A stretch of DNA of 64,000 bases from Nitrososphaeria archaeon (GTDB taxonomy: Archaea; Thermoproteota; Nitrososphaeria; JACIWG01): contig CAVVXT010000019.1 of assembly GCA_963752255.1 (NCBI GenBank), positions 480,001 through 544,000 on the forward strand, read 5' to 3'. The notes below the pieces were generated by a model that did not search any database, was not told the origin of the DNA, and saw nothing but the letters and a program-made list of their open reading frames with translations. Position 1 is the stretch's first letter. Each line of letters starts with the position of its first letter. Positions 40,523 to 50,630 of the stretch are shown one piece after another. Position numbers and translations under genes: made by a program.

Positions 40523-40562
40523 ATTTTTAGCACAAAACTATATAATAGTTGAGGTTTTAAAT

Positions 40563-41702
40563 TTGTTGATGACGTGGAGCAAAAAACACCTCACGGTATA
40601 CGGTCTGAGTAAAGAAGGATATGACATGGCTTCAAAATTCTCTGAAAAGGGGTTTGAGACCTCAATAATCGATGAAAGACTCAATTCACCCATGAAGGTG
40701 AGCAGAAAAGACTTCTCCAAAAGTCAAACTGTTGACGATTTTTTTGAAGAAGAAACTTTAGCTGAAATCACATCCCTCCAAGACACTATATCGAATTCAG
40801 ACGTTCTCGTCTACTGTCCAAAGATAAGATGTGAAGTCACTGAAATCTATCACCAATATGAGCGTTCATTAAAGGAGATAATACCAATTATGTCTAAAGG
40901 ATCAGTCCTCATATTTTCGGTGCCATTGGGTTTCGATGGGCAAAAGGAAATAGTAAAAATAGTCAGAAAATATACAAATCTCGATGAAAGTGAATACGGC
41001 GTAATCTTTTTACCACCATTCTTTGACGGAAAAACAACCGTTGTGGGAACATTCGGAAACGTGGAAGGTGTCCAAAAGATGTTGAGCGAAGCACTAGGAC
41101 AAAACATCCAAGAGTTCACGCTTGAAGAGGCCGAGAAGATCTTCTTCAGCAAAATACTGGAAAGGTTCTCATACTACACAGCTCAGATGATCACTTCGAC
41201 CGCCGCTACCAATCCTGAAGAAGAACATCCCTATTACAGCAATCTCTTCTCTTACTATACGGATCTGAAAATGATCTATATAACAACAGGAAGAGGAACG
41301 CAGTTGAAGAGTTTTTCAAGTTCCTTGATCAGAATAGTGGAAAGCTACCCAAAAAACCTATTAAACTACCTAAAAGGATTAACTAAAGAAAATAACGTAA
41401 AACCTAGCAGGGCAAGAATAATTGCATTATGGAGCAAGAGCAGCTATCATATAAGACCGGACATAGAAAAGGCATCGCAGGATCTGATTTTATTGCTGCA
41501 GGACATCTTTGTTGACGTACAAGTCTTTTCATACCAAGAGTTAGTGCAGAAAAAAATTCTTTCTTCAGCCCTGAACAGGAACCCTACATTTTTAATAGCC
41601 TGCTCAGATTTAGATTACCAGAGTGTTTCAAACCAGATAAAAGGGAAAAATCAGATGATTACGGTTATTAAGGCTACGTTGCCTCCGTCAAGGTGGCCAT
41701 GA
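40563..41702 (+). CDS. degenerate nucleotide-sugar dehydrogenase-like protein
   Basis: TVYGLSKEG Rossmann-like start, LEEAEK helix, glycosylation context; catalytic GGxC not seen. Confidence 0.5.
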   Translation: MLMTWSKKHLTVYGLSKEGYDMASKFSEKGFETSIIDERLNSPMKVSRKDFSKSQTVDDFFEEETLAEITSLQDTISNSDVLVYCPKIRCEVTEIYHQYERSLKEIIPIMSKGSVLIFSVPLGFDGQKEIVKIVRKYTNLDESEYGVIFLPPFFDGKTTVVGTFGNVEGVQKMLSEALGQNIQEFTLEEAEKIFFSKILERFSYYTAQMITSTAATNPEEEHPYYSNLFSYYTDLKMIYITTGRGTQLKSFSSSLIRIVESYPKNLLNYLKGLTKENNVKPSRARIIALWSKSSYHIRPDIEKASQDLILLLQDIFVDVQVFSYQELVQKKILSSALNRNPTFLIACSDLDYQSVSNQIKGKNQMITVIKATLPPSRWP

Positions 41703-41703
41703 A

Positions 41704-42642
41704 ATGGCAGACGTCAAGATAGGTGTTATAGGCACAGGTGGCTGGGGTAAGAACCATCTGAGGGTGTTAAACGAGCTAAAAGTATTGGGGGCGATCTGTG
41801 ACCTAAACGAAGACAGGGCTAGAGAGAATTCTAAGAAATATGGGGTTGAGGCTTATACAGATGTTGACAGTTTTCTTAAACATGACCTTGATGGTGTAAT
41901 CGTTAGCACACCTACGAAAACCCATTTCCAAATAGCTTCAAAGGTTATAGAAAGCGGAAGAAACCTTCTGGTAGAAAAACCTTTCACATATGATGTTGAG
42001 GAAGGAGAACACCTTGTTAAGAAGGCTAAAGAAAAAAAGACGATTATGACTGTTGGATTTATAGAACGATTTAATCCAGCCATGAGAGAAGCTAAAAATC
42101 TCGTCGCAAAGGGAAAAATAGGAGACCCACTTTATCTGATGTTCATCAGAGAAAACAGATGGCCCGCTCATATTCTTGACGTAGGAGTTATTTTGGACAC
42201 AACAATACACGATATCGATCTGTCAAGATGGTTCTTCGGTAAAGAACCAACATTGATATTTGCAAGAACAGGAAATTTCGGATTAGACAGAGAAAGGGTT
42301 TCAGCCTTAACTTTAGGATTTCCAGAAGAACGTTCATCGTTGATAATATCAAACTGGATAACACCAAGAAAACTCAGGCAACTTGAAATTGTCGGAGAAA
42401 ACGGGATAATATCCTTAGACTTTATTACACAGGAAATCAAGATCGACCTAGAGGATAGAATAGACATACCCAGAATCAAATATGAAGAACCGCTCACATT
42501 AGAACTAAGGCATTTTGTGGAGTCTATCAAAGAAAAGAAGCAACCAGAAGTTACGGGAGAGGATGGTGTGAAGGCAACCAAGATAGCCCAAGCCGCATTA
42601 ACTTCAAACAGGCTTGGATCAGCGATATTTATAGAGCTCTGA
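41704..42642 (+). CDS. Gfo/Idh/MocA oxidoreductase (WbpB/WlbA-like UDP-sugar 3-dehydrogenase)
   Basis: GTGGWG, VEKP, VGFIERFNPA, IHDID. Confidence 0.88.
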   Translation: MADVKIGVIGTGGWGKNHLRVLNELKVLGAICDLNEDRARENSKKYGVEAYTDVDSFLKHDLDGVIVSTPTKTHFQIASKVIESGRNLLVEKPFTYDVEEGEHLVKKAKEKKTIMTVGFIERFNPAMREAKNLVAKGKIGDPLYLMFIRENRWPAHILDVGVILDTTIHDIDLSRWFFGKEPTLIFARTGNFGLDRERVSALTLGFPEERSSLIISNWITPRKLRQLEIVGENGIISLDFITQEIKIDLEDRIDIPRIKYEEPLTLELRHFVESIKEKKQPEVTGEDGVKATKIAQAALTSNRLGSAIFIEL

Positions 42643-42692
42643 ACAAAAACGTAAAAATAGTAGGATAACAGAAATGTGGATTTAAGATAGGG

Positions 42693-43181
42693 ATGAATAA
42701 AGTAATTAATTATGTCAGCAAAAAAGCCAAGCTGGGAAGAAATGTGAAAGTTTGGCATTTCACCTATGTAGGAGATAACACGATTATAGGAGACGATGTC
42801 ATGATAGGATCTTTATGTCACATAGACTATAACGTCAAGATAGGGAGTCATGTTCGAATAGAAGGATTGACGTATATACCTCCGCAAACGGTTATAGGTG
42901 ACAATGTTTTCATAGGTCCAGCTACGGTCTTTACCAACGACCCTTATCCACCAAGCAAGAAGATGGCAGGTGTAATCGTAGAAAATGATGTTTCAATAGG
43001 TGCGAGGTCGGTCATAAAGGCAGGAGTAAGGCTTGGAAGAGGCTGTGTAATAGCGATGGGATCTGTTGTAACAAAAGATGTCCCCTCTGAAACTCTTGTC
43101 ATAGGTTCCCCCGCAAACCCAGTCTACGACAGGAAAACATACGATGAAAAAAGGAAGACGTGGGAAAAAAATTCTACCTAA
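42693..43181 (+). CDS. hexapeptide-repeat acetyltransferase (WbpD/WlbB-like)
   Basis: Left-handed beta-helix repeats, FTNDPYP, GSVVTKDV. Confidence 0.88.
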   Translation: MNKVINYVSKKAKLGRNVKVWHFTYVGDNTIIGDDVMIGSLCHIDYNVKIGSHVRIEGLTYIPPQTVIGDNVFIGPATVFTNDPYPPSKKMAGVIVENDVSIGARSVIKAGVRLGRGCVIAMGSVVTKDVPSETLVIGSPANPVYDRKTYDEKRKTWEKNST

Positions 43182-43419
43182 AAACACTTCTCCTCGCTAT
43201 ATAATTCCTTATCAAAAGCAGCAAGGCAAGCCATGCCATGGAGAGGACCAATGAGAAAAAGGCTTTAAGAACACTTGTAATTACCCTTCCGTTAAAATCG
43301 TTTGATATTCCAGGAAAAGGAACAATTAGCAGGAACACGACGAAAGTTAAAAGCAATAAGCTTATCCAAGAAAAAGTTACAAGAAGAATAAGATAGATAA
43401 AGTTCTTCAACGGCTTCAC
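43174..43419 (-). CDS. small 2-TM membrane protein
   Basis: Two hydrophobic helices; overlaps the stop of the upstream GPT gene. Confidence 0.6.
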   Translation of the reverse strand: MKPLKNFIYLILLVTFSWISLLLLTFVVFLLIVPFPGISNDFNGRVITSVLKAFFSLVLSMAWLALLLLIRNYIARRSVFR

Positions 43420-44429
43420 CCCTTTATCAGTAACGAAGTAAGAATCGCCAAAATAGTGCTGTAGGCAAACAAAAGTAGAATCCTCGTCGAAGCCTTCTTT
43501 TCGGACATGGGTCCGTCGGCAACAATCAGACGCGCTAGAGTCATCGGGGCGGCCTTATCTCTCGATGCCACCAAGAGCCCACCTTCATTCATGTAAACAG
43601 GTCGCGCCTTTATTGATCGATGCTCAACCACACCCTTGATGCTTGCAAGAATGAAGAATCCATTCAATATCGCAGGAACAAAGGCGATAAGTGAAGGAAT
43701 CTCTGTCCTAGTAACTATTGCGCTTGCACCAAACAAAGCACCTAACATCAAGCTTCCTGAGTCACCAGCAAATATCTTCGAAGGATATTTGTTGAATAGA
43801 AAAAGTGCAAATGATGCGGCAAATATTAGTAGCGGGAAGATCACGTTTTCATAGTTCCCATATAGCAGTATAGGAATTATTTGAGAAAAGCATAGTAAAG
43901 CACTCGAACCACTTATTGTTCCGTTATAGACGTCTATCATGTTAAACGCGTTCGCAACTACAGGAATAGCTAAAAGAACAATTATCGGATAAATTATGGT
44001 TAGCCTAGTCGAACCAAATATGGGAAAAAGCAGATGTGAATCATAGACTCCAAAGAAAAGCAGTGGAAATGATCCAAGTATTGTTAAAGATGTCTTCAAT
44101 TTCCCGCTTAGAACCTTCAGGTCGTCGACTAGACCGATCAAGAATATTATTGATATAGACAAAAAAACAGCAAAATACTTTATTTCAGATGTGTAAGCAA
44201 AAAGGAAAATAAGCGGTATACTTATACCGGCAAAAATGGCTGGGCCAGCGGGTTTGGGAACAAGTCTTTTATCTTTCTTATGGAAATCTTCAACAACGAA
44301 ACCCTTCTTTCTAAGAAAAATTATTGAATAAGATATTAGTAAGAATGATATAGTAAAACAGATGAGAGACAGAACGATTATAAGATATGAGGGCTCCAAG
44401 TCAATTCTTGGCTCTAGGTTTAAATTCAC
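43416..44429 (-). CDS. UDP-GlcNAc:dolichol-phosphate GlcNAc-1-P transferase (AglH/GPT, MraY family)
   Basis: IGLVDD, NAFNMIDVYNG, NKYPSKIFAGDSG. Confidence 0.88.
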   Translation of the reverse strand: MNLNLEPRIDLEPSYLIIVLSLICFTISFLLISYSIIFLRKKGFVVEDFHKKDKRLVPKPAGPAIFAGISIPLIFLFAYTSEIKYFAVFLSISIIFLIGLVDDLKVLSGKLKTSLTILGSFPLLFFGVYDSHLLFPIFGSTRLTIIYPIIVLLAIPVVANAFNMIDVYNGTISGSSALLCFSQIIPILLYGNYENVIFPLLIFAASFALFLFNKYPSKIFAGDSGSLMLGALFGASAIVTRTEIPSLIAFVPAILNGFFILASIKGVVEHRSIKARPVYMNEGGLLVASRDKAAPMTLARLIVADGPMSEKKASTRILLLFAYSTILAILTSLLIKG

Positions 44430-44458
44430 AGACTTATTAAGATACGCTCAGATGAAGG

Positions 44459-45490
44459 ATGAATCATATACAGTGGACAAAAAACAGATTAAAGATAATC
44501 GATCAAAGTAAACTCCCAGGACAGGTAAAATATCTTTACTTAGACGACTTAGAAGATTGTTATAGATCTATAGTATCAATGCAAGTTAGAGGGGCGCCTC
44601 TAATTGGTGTAGTGGGTGCGTTTGGTCTGGCACTACTTGCAATAAGCATCAAAACAGATTCGATTAAAGAGTTTTTAGAAAAAATTGAGAAAGGAGCAGC
44701 GTATCTGTCAGATGCAAGGCCAACAGCATACAATCTTGGATATTGTGTAGGGCTTGTTCTTAAAGCAATAAAGGCTCAGAAGAGTATCATCACAATGAAG
44801 GAGCAGGCAATAAATGAAGCTTTAACAATTATGATGACGGAGGAAGGGAACAGCAAGAAAATAGGAGAATTTGGGGAATCCTTGCTAGAGGACGGAGATA
44901 CTGTTCTAACTCATTGTAATGCAGGAGCACTCGCCACAATCAAATATGGAACAGCTCTAGCCCCAATACGAATAGCTGTCGAGAGAGGAAAATGTCTATA
45001 TGTCATTGCAACCGAAACCAGGCCAGGACAGCAGGGTGCCAGGCTTACAGCCTGGGAGCTTTTTGCAGATGGTATACCTGTAACCGTGATTGCGGATACT
45101 GCTGTAGGATATTTGATGAGTAAGGGGATGATTAGCAAGGTGATCGTTGGAGCCGATAGGATTACATCCGATGGATATGTTTTCAACAAAATTGGAACGT
45201 ATCAGATCGCAGTCCTAGCAGCAGAGCATCATATACCATTTTATGTTGCGGCACCCTCTTCAACCTTTGACCTGAAGACAGCCCACAATGAAGTCGTTAT
45301 TGAGGAAAGGGAAGCAAAAGAGATTGCAATTGTAGGCAGAAAGAGAATAGTTCCGAAGGGTGTAAGAGTATTCAATCCTGTATTTGATGAGACACCACCA
45401 ACATTTGTTGAAGCAATAATAACAGAAAAAGGTATAATCCTGCCACCATATGTTGAAAGTATAAGGAAAACGATTTCTGATAGAATTTAA
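44459..45490 (+). CDS. mtnA: methylthioribose-1-phosphate isomerase
   Basis: VRGAP, RPTA, THCNAGALAT, ETRP, GADRI, NKIGT. Confidence 0.88.
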   Translation: MNHIQWTKNRLKIIDQSKLPGQVKYLYLDDLEDCYRSIVSMQVRGAPLIGVVGAFGLALLAISIKTDSIKEFLEKIEKGAAYLSDARPTAYNLGYCVGLVLKAIKAQKSIITMKEQAINEALTIMMTEEGNSKKIGEFGESLLEDGDTVLTHCNAGALATIKYGTALAPIRIAVERGKCLYVIATETRPGQQGARLTAWELFADGIPVTVIADTAVGYLMSKGMISKVIVGADRITSDGYVFNKIGTYQIAVLAAEHHIPFYVAAPSSTFDLKTAHNEVVIEEREAKEIAIVGRKRIVPKGVRVFNPVFDETPPTFVEAIITEKGIILPPYVESIRKTISDRI

Positions 45491-45900
45491 TAGGGTGGAA
45501 GTTACTAAAGATATTTACACGATTTATATCTGATAGAGCTTACATATTAGTAGGATAAAAATGTCTATAACTGTTTTCTTAGAGGATAATTAATGAATTG
45601 ATATTAATTAACATACCTTAAAAACATGGTGAAAGGAAATAATTCACTTCAAAGAGTAAAAATGACGATGAAAAAGTATTATTTAGAACAAGAAAAAATA
45701 AGAGAACGATTAATTGCCAATTGTGAAACAAGAGATAAACCTAAGATAAGGTCGGATCAAAATAATATCAGGAAATTTGCATCGAACGTGTTAACTTCAT
45801 AGATCTATTATTTAATAAAGATTTTAACCCTGGAAAATTTGTGTAGAAGATGTTACTAGCAAAATTAATAATGCACATAACATAAACAATGATGAGATAA

Positions 45901-45975
45901 GGGCCCGTGGCCCAGTAAGGATAAGGCATTGGCCTTCGGAGCCAAGGATCGTGGGTTCAAATCCCACCGGGCCCG
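45901..45975 (+). tRNA. tRNA-Arg(UCG)
   Basis: GGGCCCG/CGGGCCC acceptor stem; ttggc-CTTCGGA-gccaa anticodon arm; TTCAAAT T-loop. Confidence 0.95.
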
Positions 45976-46027
45976 TTCCATTTACGGTTTAAAACCTTTA
46001 ATATTAGACAGTACTATACCAGAGGTA

Positions 46028-47302
46028 ATGTCCACCAAGTACGCTAATCTCTTAGATGATACAGAAATTAGAAGATGGTACGATAATGTTTCCCGAGGTT
46101 CAAAGGTCACGGCAGACGTTTACTTGAGAAGATTAGGTGCATTCTGCCAGACAAAACAATTAACACCTAAGAATCTTATTTCATTAAAGGAGCAGGAAAT
46201 AGAAAACATCCTTTTGGATTACATAACTTCCATGGAGAAAAAAGGATTTGCTGGAAGCTACACGAAATCAACAGTAAAAGCCGTACGTTCTTGGCTTTCA
46301 TTCAACAGAAAGGAGATAAAGGTCAGACTGAAGATAAGAGGAGTAGAAGAGACACCATCCCTGAAAGATGAGCGGGTTCCAACAAAGGAAGAGCTGAAGA
46401 AGATATTCCTATCTGGTGACAAGAGATCAAGGGTAGCCTCCGTTCTTATTGCTCATTCTGGTCTGAGGATTGAAGTCTTAGGCAACTACTTAGGCGATGA
46501 CGGGCTAAGGCTAAAGGACCTGCCTGAAGTTCAGATTAAAGATGGAATCGTAGAACTTGGTAAAATCCCCACTATGATAGTGGTTAGAAAGGAGCTAAGC
46601 AAGGCAAGACACCAGTACTTCACATTTCTGTCCGAGGAAGGATGCGAATACTTGAAGGACTATCTGGATGAAAGAATGAGGCAAGGAGAAAAGCTGACAC
46701 CAGAATCTCCCATCATGACTCCAAAGCAGAAGATGAAACCATTTATCAGAGGAATCAACATTGGAGATCTAATAAGGGATCCAATGAGAAAGGCAGGTTT
46801 TCAATGGAGACCCTACGTTCTCCGAAGCTACTTTGACACACAACTTATGCTTGCAGAATCTAAAGGCTTGGTTTTGAGGGATTATCGTGCTTTTTGGATG
46901 GGGCATAAAGGTGACATCGAAAATCGATACACTACGAACAAGCAGAATCTTCCAGAACAGGTCATAGAGGACATGAGAGAAGCTTATAGAAGGTCTCAGG
47001 AATTCCTTCAGACAACTAATGGTGAGTCATCAAGTGAAAAGAAGATAGAAGATTCCATGAGAAAACATCTGCTATTGATAGCCGGGTTCAAACAGGATGA
47101 AGTAGAAAAGATGGATCTGCCGTCAATAAGCAGCGAAGACTTCAACAAGATGGTGAGAAACAAGCTGCTCGGCGCAATGGCCAACAACGGAGCAAAACAG
47201 AAGATAGTCGAAGTAAAAGAACTGGACACGTACTTGGGAAGCGGATGGGAGTTCCAAGCCGTACTACCAGACGACAAGGCAATAGTAAAACTGCCCTTCT
47301 AA
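46028..47302 (+). CDS. tyrosine recombinase/integrase
   Basis: SGLR, LSK, YVLRSYF, MGHKG, RYT catalytic motifs; ATG at 46028 preceded by GAGGT. Confidence 0.92.
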   Translation: MSTKYANLLDDTEIRRWYDNVSRGSKVTADVYLRRLGAFCQTKQLTPKNLISLKEQEIENILLDYITSMEKKGFAGSYTKSTVKAVRSWLSFNRKEIKVRLKIRGVEETPSLKDERVPTKEELKKIFLSGDKRSRVASVLIAHSGLRIEVLGNYLGDDGLRLKDLPEVQIKDGIVELGKIPTMIVVRKELSKARHQYFTFLSEEGCEYLKDYLDERMRQGEKLTPESPIMTPKQKMKPFIRGINIGDLIRDPMRKAGFQWRPYVLRSYFDTQLMLAESKGLVLRDYRAFWMGHKGDIENRYTTNKQNLPEQVIEDMREAYRRSQEFLQTTNGESSSEKKIEDSMRKHLLLIAGFKQDEVEKMDLPSISSEDFNKMVRNKLLGAMANNGAKQKIVEVKELDTYLGSGWEFQAVLPDDKAIVKLPF

Positions 47303-47628
47303 TGCACAAAGGTTTACCTTTGACCCAAAACCAAAAATTTCCACCGCAAAAAAAAGACCCTAAAAAGACAGGAAAAGACCCTGAAAAAAGCCGAAAAAGG
47401 CCAAATACTTCCATAGATGATCAATAAACAAATTTATTGATTAGAAACGTTAGTGTACGCGCATCTAAAAATCGATATTCTTTTGTCAAAAGGTCAAGAA
47501 CAAGGATCGGAAGAAAGTCAAAACGTGTTAAGGTCCATTAACTTTAACCAACACCATTATTAGCCAATGGAAAATCAATCTAATTCACATCTGTCTGCAT
47601 CTAAACATAGCCAAACTGGTTTGGATTT

Positions 47629-47790
47629 TTGGCTGATGGAGTTAAATCCTGTTACGTGAAGGGACATCATAAATTTAATGAATGGATTGAGCAAAATAGT
47701 AATTTGTGCCCTATTCATCATACGAAGTTGAAGCTGATTGAAAAATGGCTTGATAGACCTCCTCCTGACGCCGTTTATTTGCCTGTCTAA
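47629..47790 (+). CDS. small hypothetical Zn-binding protein (53 aa)
   Basis: MADGVKSCYVKGHH...LCPIHH; TTG start; below the ORF-track cutoff. Confidence 0.3.
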   Translation: MADGVKSCYVKGHHKFNEWIEQNSNLCPIHHTKLKLIEKWLDRPPPDAVYLPV

Positions 47791-48203
47791 TACCTTGAAA
47801 TCTTAATGTTTTAGATTAAGACATCATGGGAGGACCTTGGACTAATAGAAAAATCAACTTAAATCAACTTAATACTACTTTACGGGACTTTTGGGGGGAT
47901 CTAAAACCACTTATTGATAAAAAAAGGGGGTCCACTAGAGCCTTTTTCCTAGGGAAATCTACTTTGCTGGTCCTTTCCTTCCAGCGTTAAAGTATTATTG
48001 AAGCGACGATTAACGCTGTTATAAATGCACCGACGATGGCCCATGATTTTAATGAGAAACCTAGAATGGTCGCCGGTAATATGAGATTTGCTATTTTTAT
48101 GGTTTTAATTGATGGCTGAACTGTTGAGGGTGTCGCTGTTACAAATGGCGGTCTAGGCTTTGTCCTAACTGGAGGCGTTGAATATGTTGAAATGGACATT
48201 GTG

Positions 48204-48420
48204 GCCTCGGAGTTTTGGCTCTATCTAAGCAACATAGTTTCGTATCCCTCCTTTCAAACGGTCTTCAAAAGATCGGATTTCGTATCTATCTTTCCAAATG
48301 ACTTCGTATCCTTGATTTGAAAAGAAAAGTGGACCAAGGTAGATAAGGTCAACGCAATTGTCGGGAAAATGTTCTAAAACTTCCTTACAGTCTCCACAAT
48401 AGATGGCTTAGGAAGTCTTA
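48204..48420 (-). pseudogene. N-terminal relic of a beta-class N4/N6 DNA methyltransferase
   Basis: AIYCGDCKEVLEHFPDNCVDLIYLGPLFFSN...FEDRLKGGIRNYVA*IEPKLR; DPPF decayed to GPLF; internal stop. Confidence 0.7.
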
Positions 48421-48493
48421 TAAAAAAGAAGGATTAGTAAAAGGTGTATAAAGTGGATACATAGATGTTGACAAAAGAACATGGTGAGCAGCA

Positions 48494-49348
48494 TTGAGGT
48501 TTGAAAGAATTACACTCAAAAACTTCATGCAGTACAGGGACACGGAAATACCTCTTAGCAGGAAGCCTGGCAGAAACGACCTCCACATCTTCGTCGGAGG
48601 AGGCGGCACGGGGAAGACGAACCTGTTTAGAGCGATCAGATGGTGCCTCTACGGTGACAAGCCACATCATCCAAGTCCGCGGCAGTCGCCTATTCTAAAC
48701 ATCAAAGCAGCCGAAGCCTCAGACGACATGAAAGATCGAAAGGTTGCAGTAGAAATTGTGGCTAGAGAGGGGGACCAAATCTTCCTGTTCTCAAGGAAGG
48801 CCATGTTCAAGGTCTACAGATACGCAGGCTACTTTAATTCAGTTAGCACAGAGCAGACAGGATTCTACTGGAACGTTCTTGCCGTAATGAGGCAGCAGAA
48901 GAAGCTCACAGGGGAAAGGATCAGACAGGAAGTTGGGCCTCGACTAGAAGAACTACTTGGCCTGATTATGAATAGAAACCTCTTAGCCGATATTGATGAA
49001 GACTGCTTCGCCTCTAAACCAAATGAAATAGGATACAGCAATAGCCCACTGCTGTCTTCTGGAGAACGCCGACTGCTCACGCTATCATCTAAGCTGGCCG
49101 CATGTCAACTGTCAGCGTTTAACGTGCCTATCGTGATGGATGCGCCTTTAGCATGGATGAGCGATGGAGTAATGGAGAGTTTTGCAGACATGATTTTGGC
49201 AGTTAGCAGGGTCAGGCAGGTGATACTGTTGCTCTCAACTTTAGAATATTCTCATGAAGTTAGCGAGCACTTGGACAGAAGCTGCAGCAGCAGATTCGCT
49301 CTCAAGCCAGGAAAGGACGGGCGTGAAACAGATGTGGAGACATGTTAG
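48494..49348 (+). CDS. short DndD/SMC-like ABC ATPase lacking the long coiled coil
   Basis: ITLKNFMQY, GGGGTGKT, LSSGERR, IVMDAPL, QVILL in 284 aa. Confidence 0.7.
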   Translation: MRFERITLKNFMQYRDTEIPLSRKPGRNDLHIFVGGGGTGKTNLFRAIRWCLYGDKPHHPSPRQSPILNIKAAEASDDMKDRKVAVEIVAREGDQIFLFSRKAMFKVYRYAGYFNSVSTEQTGFYWNVLAVMRQQKKLTGERIRQEVGPRLEELLGLIMNRNLLADIDEDCFASKPNEIGYSNSPLLSSGERRLLTLSSKLAACQLSAFNVPIVMDAPLAWMSDGVMESFADMILAVSRVRQVILLLSTLEYSHEVSEHLDRSCSSRFALKPGKDGRETDVETC

Positions 49349-49360
49349 GGACAGCAACAT
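49142..49360 (+). repeat. diverged inverted repeat, copy 1 (3' end of the ATPase gene)
   Basis: Aligns to the reverse complement of 58632-58851; 29-bp exact core 49291-49319. Confidence 0.85.
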
Positions 49361-49525
49361 CTAGGTTAGCAAAACACCGATGGATTTCTATACTTCTTAG
49401 TGAAATTCAAGCTGGCGCTATTTCTATAATTATCCCTTGCTAGAATACTAAGCAACAGACATATATAAGATTATTACAGACTTACCATTAGACAAACTTG
49501 GTACGAAAATCAATTATAGAGCGCA

Positions 49526-49852
49526 TTAGAAAAATAGGGGTTCGACATGTGCTACTTTATAATGGCTTTTCTTTTTCTTAGTCTTCTTCTGCAGCTTTGA
49601 GAGTTTCGACCCTCCACTTTTAACTTCGACAAGTCCACTTTTTATAACCTTACCTGTAAGTGGATGTCTTGTCCTGACACGTAAATCAGAACCTTTTCCT
49701 GTTCTTTCGACTTCTTTCCCCTGAAGAGTTTGAGACATTGCAAATTGTTGTTCTGCCATTTTACCTTTTGCACGAATATACGCCATTTTCTCTTTATTCT
49801 TTTGCTTCTTGCTTTTCTTACCACCGAAGATTATATTTGAAATGTTACTCAA
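49526..49852 (-). CDS. small basic PD-(D/E)XK nuclease-like protein
   Basis: GKMAE...GSDL...VEVKSG...LSKLQ. Confidence 0.55.
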   Translation of the reverse strand: MSNISNIIFGGKKSKKQKNKEKMAYIRAKGKMAEQQFAMSQTLQGKEVERTGKGSDLRVRTRHPLTGKVIKSGLVEVKSGGSKLSKLQKKTKKKKSHYKVAHVEPLFF

Positions 49853-50157
49853 TGCAAGTTATTATTTGTCAAAACCGTTTATAATCTTTTCCTCTATTTA
49901 TTGACATTTTATCATATTTAGATAATTTATAGGCTATCGCTATCGCAAAAGATTGACTGCAAGTATTCCAAGCTTCTGCTGTAACATTTGATCAACAGTG
50001 TCTTCGGAGATGCTGTGTCAGAGATTCACACATAAAAATCATCTAAAAAAATTTACCTTTTATAATCCAATATATTATTTTCTTTAGTATATCTCTTGAT
50101 AACTACATTACATTCAATTAAAAAGGCTTTTATATGGAATACTTTCTTTTTATAATT

Positions 50158-50388
50158 ATGCCTGATTGCCAATCGCTTAAAGTTGGTGATAAGTGTGATC
50201 AATGTGGTAAGGGAACTATGCGTCCTACTGGTCGAAAGTGGTGGGATTATCACAAATGGAAAAACACATTTAGGAAGTCTAACGAAGGAGAAGAAATCGA
50301 GTGTGACGAATGCGGTCATAGACATACTAATTTCGGTGTTGTAGAATATTTTTCAGCATCAGAAAGAGTTTCCGTGAACAATAAATAA
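50158..50388 (+). CDS. Zn-ribbon protein
   Basis: CDQC...CDEC; start could be 50134 or 50158. Confidence 0.55.
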   Translation: MPDCQSLKVGDKCDQCGKGTMRPTGRKWWDYHKWKNTFRKSNEGEEIECDECGHRHTNFGVVEYFSASERVSVNNK

Positions 50389-50630
50389 GATACCGCTATC
50401 AATCTACTTTAACTTCATATCTTTTGACGATTAATTCTAATATAACCAAATCTTTGAAGTCTCCGAATTCGATTAGTTTGCCAAAAGAAAGATTACATTA
50501 CACACCCCTATAGAGATCAAGAAGAACCTAAAGAGGAGCGAAAGATAACTTTTGTTCTATCAAAGAATTAACTTCGAGCCTAAAAGTTGTTGTTAAGATT
50601 CGGTTAGAAATTCAAAAGATTAAAAAGCTT

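Noticed and set aside
45929-46027. Integrase ORF extending into tRNA-Arg (SSV-type split integrase)
   Set aside because: ATG 46028 has an RBS and the protein appears complete from there; the open frame through the tRNA is probably incidental
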